In this document: one piece after another, positions 57,403 through 64,000 of the stretch
How the letters are laid out: each line of letters opens with the position of its first letter
How positions within the stretch are numbered: position 1 is the first letter of the stretch
Source of the DNA: Prasinococcaceae sp. CCMP 1430
Lineage: Eukaryota; Plantae; Prasinodermophyta
Direction: 5' to 3'
NCBI GenBank assembly: GCA_013416795.1
Contig: RQSC01001393.1
Location: forward strand, 99,721 to 163,720
Length of the DNA stretch: 64,000 nt
The notes under the pieces: generated by a model
Told to the model about the DNA's origin: nothing
The model's input: the letters and a program-made list of their open reading frames with translations, nothing else
The model's database searches: none
Position numbers and translations under genes: made by a program

Positions 57403-59160
57403 CTACGCGGCCGGGCACGCGGCCTCCTCACCACCACGCGTGTCGGCTGCGCCGTCTCCCCGCTCGCCGTGGGCGCCGTCCTCGTCGGCAGCCGCCAGCG
57501 CGGCATCCGCGTCGAAGCCCCCGCCGCGCCACAGCACACGCCCCACCGTCGTGGCAAAGTACGCCATCTCCGCGAGTGTCCAATTGGCATCGTTGTGGCG
57601 GCCGCTGTGGCGGTGGCCGCACTCGGGGTCGAACGCGCCCCCACCAGGCACCTCGGCCTCGCACGCGACGTACAGCGCTCGCAGCTCCCGCAGCAGCGGC
57701 AGCGCGAGGTGCGCACCCACGCACGAGCGCGGGCCCGCGCCGAAGATGCTCCACGCGTACGGCTCGGCGCCGGCGCCTATCCCCGTGCCCCCCCACGGCC
57801 CCTTGGCCGTCCCCGCGCCGCCACCCGCCTGCGCCGCCTCCGCCGCCTCGGCCGCCCGTGCGAGGTCAGAGGCGAATATGACCACCTGCGCGGGCGCTTT
57901 TACCACCACCTTGCCGTCAAGAACCACGTCCTCCGTCACGCGGCGCTCGAGGATTGGGAAGGGGTGCGCGCGCCGCACGGCAGCCTCCAGCGACACGTGC
58001 GGGCCCGCACGCTTAATCGCCACGGCGATGTCGCCCGCGTTGATCGCCGGCGACAACAGCACGGGCTGCAGCAGCACGCTGTAGCGGCGAGGATTGCGCC
58101 AACCCTCGCCATGGCGCGCCCACAGCACCGCGTGCGAGCGCAGCAGGTCGTCCACCAGCACGCGCACCGCCGCGTCCTTGAGCCGCGCGTCGGCGCGGCC
58201 GCGCACGGCGATCTCCCTGCGCCACTCCCACGAGGCCGTCAACAGCGGCTCGAAGGCCTCCTCCCAAGCGCGCCCGAAAATGCACTCGACGTACGTCGCC
58301 AGCGACAGCCGCGCGACGTCGTCGGCGACGACCCGGCTGTTCTCGCCGCCTCTCTTCACGCGCGCGAGCAGCTGCTCGCAGTTGCGCCGCGCGACGGCCG
58401 CCACGTTGGCAGGCGTGAGGCCGGGGAGGTCGCGCACCAGCGCGTGGAAGTCTGCGATGAGCGCCGCGTGCAGCGGCCCGTCGACGCTCTCGAGCGACAG
58501 CACCGGTTGCCACGCGGGCGACGCCACGTTTCGCTCGAGCAGGTCGCCCTTGTCGGCGCTCGCGCGCAGCACGGCGAAGGCCTCGCGCGCGCCGCGCACG
58601 CTGACCACGCGCTCGCCGCGCAGAGCGCCGAAGGCGGCAAACAGCAGCCCCCGCACGAGGTCGTCGCCGCACAGCGCGCGGAAGTCGAAGAGGCCGCGCT
58701 TGTGCGCCGTGATGAGCGCGTTGGCTGCGCGGTACGCAAAGCACGTCATCAGGTCCACCTGCACCACCGCGAGCTCGCGCGGCGTGATACCACCCGGCAG
58801 CGCCAGCATCGCCAGCAGGCTCGACAGCTCGAAGCTGTAGCGGTGGCGGAAGAAGGCGAGGTGCTCCAGGCGCGCATCGCCGAGCTCGCACACCGCCTGC
58901 GAGAGCGCCAGCACGGCGAGGATGCGCCCGTAGCCCGCGAGCACCTCCTTCGCACCGGAGAGCGCCACCACGCCCGCGGCGAGCGCGCCGACGAAGGCGA
59001 GCACCGCGCGCCACTCGAGCGTGTCGAGCTTGCCCGCGACGAGGTCGCCCGCCATCGTCTTGGCGAGGTACGCGGCGCACGCGTGCGGCATGACCAGGTC
59101 GTCGGCCAGCACGGCGACCGCCGCGACCGCCAGGCCCGCCACGTTGGCCGCACGGCTCAT
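57403..59160 (-). CDS. Divergent cytochrome P450 with a hydrophobic N-terminal extension; start uncertain
   Basis: Heme-thiolate motif FGAGPRSCVG; K-helix region EAAVRRAHPFPILER. Coding-like sequence continues upstream of ATG 59160 to about 59245. Confidence 0.8.
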   Translation of the reverse strand: MSRAANVAGLAVAAVAVLADDLVMPHACAAYLAKTMAGDLVAGKLDTLEWRAVLAFVGALAAGVVALSGAKEVLAGYGRILAVLALSQAVCELGDARLEHLAFFRHRYSFELSSLLAMLALPGGITPRELAVVQVDLMTCFAYRAANALITAHKRGLFDFRALCGDDLVRGLLFAAFGALRGERVVSVRGAREAFAVLRASADKGDLLERNVASPAWQPVLSLESVDGPLHAALIADFHALVRDLPGLTPANVAAVARRNCEQLLARVKRGGENSRVVADDVARLSLATYVECIFGRAWEEAFEPLLTASWEWRREIAVRGRADARLKDAAVRVLVDDLLRSHAVLWARHGEGWRNPRRYSVLLQPVLLSPAINAGDIAVAIKRAGPHVSLEAAVRRAHPFPILERRVTEDVVLDGKVVVKAPAQVVIFASDLARAAEAAEAAQAGGGAGTAKGPWGGTGIGAGAEPYAWSIFGAGPRSCVGAHLALPLLRELRALYVACEAEVPGGGAFDPECGHRHSGRHNDANWTLAEMAYFATTVGRVLWRGGGFDADAALAAADEDGAHGERGDGAADTRGGEEAACPAA

Positions 59161-59250
59161 CGCCTCCACGTTCACCGCCGCGCCCACGGAGCCGATGTAC
59201 AGGTGCCCCACCCAGCGCAGCGAGCGCGCGTAGCCGCCGAGGCCGCCGCG

Positions 59251-59506
59251 ATGAAGCGCCGCATCCAGGAGAAGCTGCTCGCGCAGGCGCGCGCCGCTCC
59301 CGAGGATCCCAAGCTCGCGGAGCGGCGCAGGATGCGCGAGGCTGCCGCGGCCAAGAAGGCCGAGCTCGAGGCGATGCGCAAGAAGATCCAAGCGCAGCTG
59401 CTCTCGCACAAGAAGACGGAGGCCCCGCCCGCCGGCGCGGGCGACAAGGCCACCGGCGCGGACGCCACCGTCGCGCGCGAGGACGCGCCCGCGGACGCGC
59501 CCGCGG
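59251..59506 (+). CDS. Fragment of a charged helical protein, truncated at an n join
   Basis: MKRRIQEKLLAQARAAPEDPKLAERRRMREAAAAKKAELEAMRKKIQAQLL with strongly GC3-biased codons; ends at n 59507. Confidence 0.4.
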
Positions 59507-59850
59507 NGGCGCGCGCGCGCGCGCGCTGTGGCGCCCGCGCCAGTCCCCCCTCCGCCCCCAAGCTGGAGAGCGAACCCAGAGGAGCGATGGAGCGCGCGCG
59601 CCCCGGCCTTCCTCCCCTCCCCCCACCCCTGGCCCCCCCTGCACCTGTGCACCCTCCCCCCGCCGGCGCGCGCACGTGCGGCTGCCGCGCGGCCCCGCAG
59701 CCGCGGCGAATCCACCCATCCTACCATCAACTCACTCACACATCAAATCTGGATTCCATTTTAGGGACTCAACGCGCACAAAAGAATGGAATCCATGGAA
59801 TCCATCACCCCCCGGCCCTCATCCGCCCGGGCGGGCCGCCGCGGGGCCGC

Positions 59851-60050
59851 GTGCGATTTGACGTGCGAATGTCAAAACGCACGCATTTTATGTTGTGTGT
59901 TCCGCGTGCGTTTTGACGTGCGGAGGTCAAAACGAACGCATTTGTGTCGAGTCTGTCGAGTGCGTTTTGACCTTCCAAGGTCAAAACGAACGCATTTGAA
60001 TTGGTTTGGTCGCGTGCGTTTTGATGTGCCGAGGTCAAAACGAAGGCAAT
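59851..60050. repeat. Array of four 32-bp palindromes with short variable spacers (period 54-55)
   Basis: GTGCGTTTTGAC-N8-GTCAAAACG(C/A)AC followed by GCATTT, at 59851, 59906, 59960 and 60014. Confidence 0.93.
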
Positions 60051-60323
60051 CCGGGGGTCGCGTGCGTGTTGGCGCGGGGTGGCTGGCAGGGGGGGGTCGA
60101 GGCCGCGAAGGCACCCAAGAGCACACCCTCAAGCGATGTACGAACCCCCTACACACCAACCCCATGTTGGGCGGCCCACGCGTGCGCGTCTAGCTAGGTG
60201 AGACGACTGCACTTGAGCGGTCGCATGCGTGTCCTGTTACCGGGCGAGGCAGGCATCTAGGAGGACGCGACGCGACCATTCTCTCAGTAGGATTGCATGG
60301 CTGGTAGTCCCATTGTCCCAAGC

Positions 60324-63165
60324 TTAGTTCTTCTTGGACTTCTTCTTCTTTGACTTCTTCTTCTTGGACTCCTTCTTGGACTCCTTCTTGGCCTTCTTCT
60401 TGGACTTCTTCTTGGACTTCACCGGCTCCGGCTCCTCCACCGGCTCCGGCTCCTCCATGCACACCTTGTTCTCGTAGACGCAGCCCTCCTCCTTGCCGCA
60501 CTTCTTCTTCGAGAGGCCCTCGCAGTGGGACACCGGCGGCTCCTCCATGCACATCTTGTTCTCGTAGACGCAGCCCTCCTCCTTGCCGCACTTCTTCTTC
60601 GAGAGGCCCTCGCAGTGGGACGGGTGGTGGTCGTGGTGGTGGTCGTGGTGGTCGTCGTGGCCGTCATCGTGCTCATCCTCATCGGTGAGACCGCACGCGC
60701 TCGCGACGTACAGGCCAGCGTCGTAAAGTTCCACGTCGAGGCAATGCGCAACGGGCGCAATCTCCGCGAAAGCGGCGGCGCACCCGCTGTCGTCGGAGCA
60801 CCTGTCGCCGTACGTCGGCTCCTCGCCCTTCGGGCACTTGGGGATGCCCAGCTCCTTGGCCTCGCTCTTGCTCGACGCGCAGTCAGGCAGGCAGCTCCCG
60901 AAGAATGCGTCGACGAGCGGCTCGAGGCGCTTCCGCTTGGGGCACGGGGCGTCCTCCTCGTCGTGATGGTCGTCGTGGTGGTCGTCGTGGTGGTCGTCGT
61001 GGTGGCCGCCGTCGCATGCACACTGTTCGGTCCAGTAGCCCGTGCAGCTTGCCTCGTCCGTGTCGCAGTCGCATTCGTGCGCCGTGTAGTCGTAGCAGCC
61101 TGCGGGGTCGGCGTGGTCATCGTCGTGATCGTCCTCGTCAACGACATCACATGCACACTGCTCGGTCCAGTAGCCCGTGCAGCTTGCCTCGTCCGTGTCA
61201 CAATCGCACTGGTGCACCTCCATGTCGTAGCAGCCTGAGGGGTCGACGACGCACGCATTCGGGTCGATGACGATGCCCTTGCCGTGGTCCTGGGTGAGCT
61301 CGCCAAGGTCGGCGTAGGTCACGCCCTTGACGGGCAGGGCAGCCTCGATATGGGACTTGATCTTGCAGTACATGCGGGGATGGAGGTCGGCGCGGCTGGG
61401 CGCCGGCCACAGGAGGGCGTCGATGGCCTGCCGCCGGCGCTCCAAGAGCCGGCGGTGCTACGGGCTGTGCTGCGCGGTCATGCACTAGCCCTCGGCCCAG
61501 TCGCCGTCGTCGCCGGTCCCGGCCTGCACCTTGTAGCTGTACTTGAGGGTCGCCTGGAGGAAGGTCTTGAGGAAGCCCGCGCTGATCTCCTCCTGGGCGG
61601 CCTCGATGCCGGCCACGTCGGCGGCGAGCGCCGCCTCGCGGCCCGCCGCGAAGGAGGCGAAGGCCTCGCCGAGCACGTCGGTGCCGAAGTCGGCGTCCCT
61701 CTTGCGGGTGACCTCGGCGGGCGCGTTCTCGCCGGTGAGGCCGTACCAGAAGGCGTAGTACTCGTCGTAGTAGATGTTGTTGGAGCCCGACGCCTTGGGT
61801 GCGTTGAGGGCCACGCCCAGCTCGGCCTGCTCGAGCGCCTCCACGGCCTCGTGGTTGGCGTACAGCACCAGGATGGCCTGCATGTTCTTCTTGGCGGCCA
61901 CGACGCGCACGTCGTCGCTCATGCCCTCGAAGTCGCCGGTGCCGTCGAGCGCGGCAACCATGTACGTGTCCAGGAAGTCGGTGGCGCCGTAGAGCGTCAC
62001 GAAGCCCGTGGCCAGCGGCTCGGCCGAAAGGTCCTTCTGGGCCATGCCCTGGAGCGTGCGCAGGCCAGAGCCCTTCGCCGAGTTCTTGCCGTTGGAGTAG
62101 AGCTCCTACCGTCGGCGCATCAAGCCCCCGCTGAGCGGCTCCTTCCGGAGCTAGAGCGGGTGATCGAGGGCGATCGACGCGTGGACGATCGACGAGTCCT
62201 CAACCGGGAGCGGGCCGCACGCGTCGGCAGAGATGACGATGCCCTTGCCGTGGTCCTGGGTGAGCTCGCCAAGGTCGGCGTAGGTCACGCCCTTGACGGG
62301 CAGGGCAGCCTCGATATGGGACTTGATCTTGCAGTACATGCGGGGATGGAGGTCGGCGCGGCTGGGCGCCGGCCACAGGAGGGCGTCGATGGCCTGGGCG
62401 GCCGCGAGGTTCTCGGCCGCCACGATGCCCGACACGACGCGCCAGTACGTGTAGCCCTCGGCCCAGTCGCCGTCGTCGCCGGTCCCGGCCTGCACCTTGT
62501 AGCTGTACTTGAGGGTCGCCTGGAGGAAGGTCTTGAGGAAGCCCGCGCTGATCTCCTCCTGGGCGGCCTCGATGCCGGCCACGTCGGCGGCGAGCGCCGC
62601 CTCGCGGCCCGCCGCGAAGGAGGCGAAGGCCTCGCCGAGCACGTCGGTGCCGAAGTCGGCGTCCCTCTTGCGGGTGACCTCGGCGGGCGCGTTCTCGCCG
62701 GTGAGGCCGTACCAGAAGGCGTAGTACTCGTCGTAGTAGATGTTGTTGGAGCCCGACGCCTTGGGTGCGTTGAGGGCCACGCCCAGCTCGGCCTGCTCGA
62801 GCGCCTCCACGGCCTCGTGGTTGGCGTACAGCACCAGGATGGCCTGCATGTTCTTCTTGGCGGCCACGACGCGCACGTCGTCGCTCATGCCCTCGAAGTC
62901 GCCGGTGCCGTCGAGCGCGGCAACCATGTACGTGTCCAGGAAGTCGGTGGCGCCGTAGAGCGTCACGAAGCCCGTGGCCAGCGGCTCGGCCGAAAGGTCC
63001 TTCTGGGCCATGCCCTGGAGCGTGCGCAGGCCAGAGCCCTTCGCCGAGTTCTTGCCGTTGGAGTAGAGCTCCTTGGCAGCCGCGTAGTTCGGGGGCGACT
63101 CGCCGAGGAAGGCCTCGATCTCGCCCACATCGAGGGCGATCGACGCGTGGACGATCGACGAGTCC
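60324..63165 (-). CDS. Low-iron-inducible periplasmic (FEA1-like) protein with two tandem domains, Cys/His-rich repeats and a Lys-rich tail; 5'-partial
   Basis: ORFs 63128-62151, 62045-61485 and 61445-60324 share one frame and are broken only by stops inside two complemented 55-mers. Motifs RTLQGMA, KRDADFG, WAEGYTYW, YADLGEL resemble the Fea1 domain. The N-terminus is cut by n 63166. Confidence 0.72.
61266..63165. repeat. 966-bp-period direct duplication (934 bp aligned) inside the FEA1-like gene
   Basis: 61266-62199 matches 62232-63165 on visual comparison, apart from 61431-61485 and 62108-62162. Confidence 0.93.
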
Positions 63166-64000
63166 NCTCGCTCGCGCCGCGGCGGCTGCGGCGGCGGGCG
63201 GCTGCGCCGGCCGGGCCTCGTCCCTCCCCATCAATGGTTTTTAACCTACATAAGTCTCCCGTGGGTATGTTTCGTTCCTTTCGCGACACTTGTATGTCTC
63301 GGTCAGTCCTCAATCGACGGGCCTTTCGAACCCAGGAACACAAACCGGATTCCGATCCGCGAAGTCCGTGTGAGGTGGCGCACGCCGTCGGTGCACACCC
63401 CGGAAATGATTCAAGAAGCGGGCGCGAGGAGAAGAAGCGAGTCGACGCGAAACGAACCGTTGCGCCGCGCGGGCGCGCTGGCAGCGGCGGGCGCGGCGCC
63501 CACTCATCGCGCGCGCGCCGCACTGAGCCGCGCAGCGGGGGGACGACATTTTGGGTTGTGTTTAGGGTAAGGCAATTTTTGAATTACATCTGATATGAAC
63601 TTTGAATGGAGGGTTCAGATGTACGTCCTGCCGGCAGCTGCCCCAGCCGCTCGGTCCGACACCCTCGACCCGGGTCATCCACCGGGCTGATGCCGGTCGG
63701 ACCGACGGAAACGCCCGGTCTCGAGGTGCCATACATCGGGTCAAATCTCTCCAACCCGGGTCGCGAGCGGTGACCCCGCGGAGCGCAGCGGGGAGCGCAC
63801 GTGGGCAGCCCCACGTGGGCCCCGACGCATGCATTATGACGTGCGCAACGCATATCTGTTGAGGATCTGACGCGATCTCGTACGAGTCACGTGAAAACAG
63901 CCTTTGTTACCATTGCAACGGAAACGAAAACGCGCACACCGCCGACGAGCAACGCATTTCGCACATGTCTTTTACGGAAGCGCCTCCGAATTGAAGCCTG

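Noticed and set aside
59851-60050. CRISPR array
   Set aside because: Eukaryotic context, no cas genes, only four units, and 16-17-nt spacers are too short.
61485-62153. FEA1-like second copy as a pseudogene or readthrough/recoding site
   Set aside because: Both TAG stops lie in 55-nt segments that are plain complements of the sister copy, i.e. assembly errors.

Overview
This is eukaryotic, very GC-rich nuclear DNA from the green lineage, probably a prasinophyte-like alga. The evidence is GT(G/A)CG donors, CTGAC branch points, and Alfin-like, DUF3727 and FEA1 genes. It is a draft short-read scaffold with single-n joins, two N gaps and a 1.1-kb poly-C artefact. About 22 genes can be supported, mostly as divergent pairs separated by repeat-bearing spacers. 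Best candidates for novelty: (1) one uninterrupted ~1700-aa ORF fusing a CLC Cl-/H+ exchanger (with two CBS domains) to a complete two-pore cation channel (TPC)-like module; (2) a hidden thioredoxin-fold selenoprotein (in-frame TGA in a U-G-H-C motif plus a canonical SECIS) split by the ORF track; (3) an apparent in-frame spliced NOC2-DUF3727 fusion whose intron hosts a C/D snoRNA; (4) a tandem-FEA1 iron-uptake-type protein with Cys/His repeats, whose two stops lie in 55-nt segments that are exact base complements (not reverse complements) of the sister copy, i.e. assembler artefacts. All family calls come from motif recognition by eye; no database searches were run.
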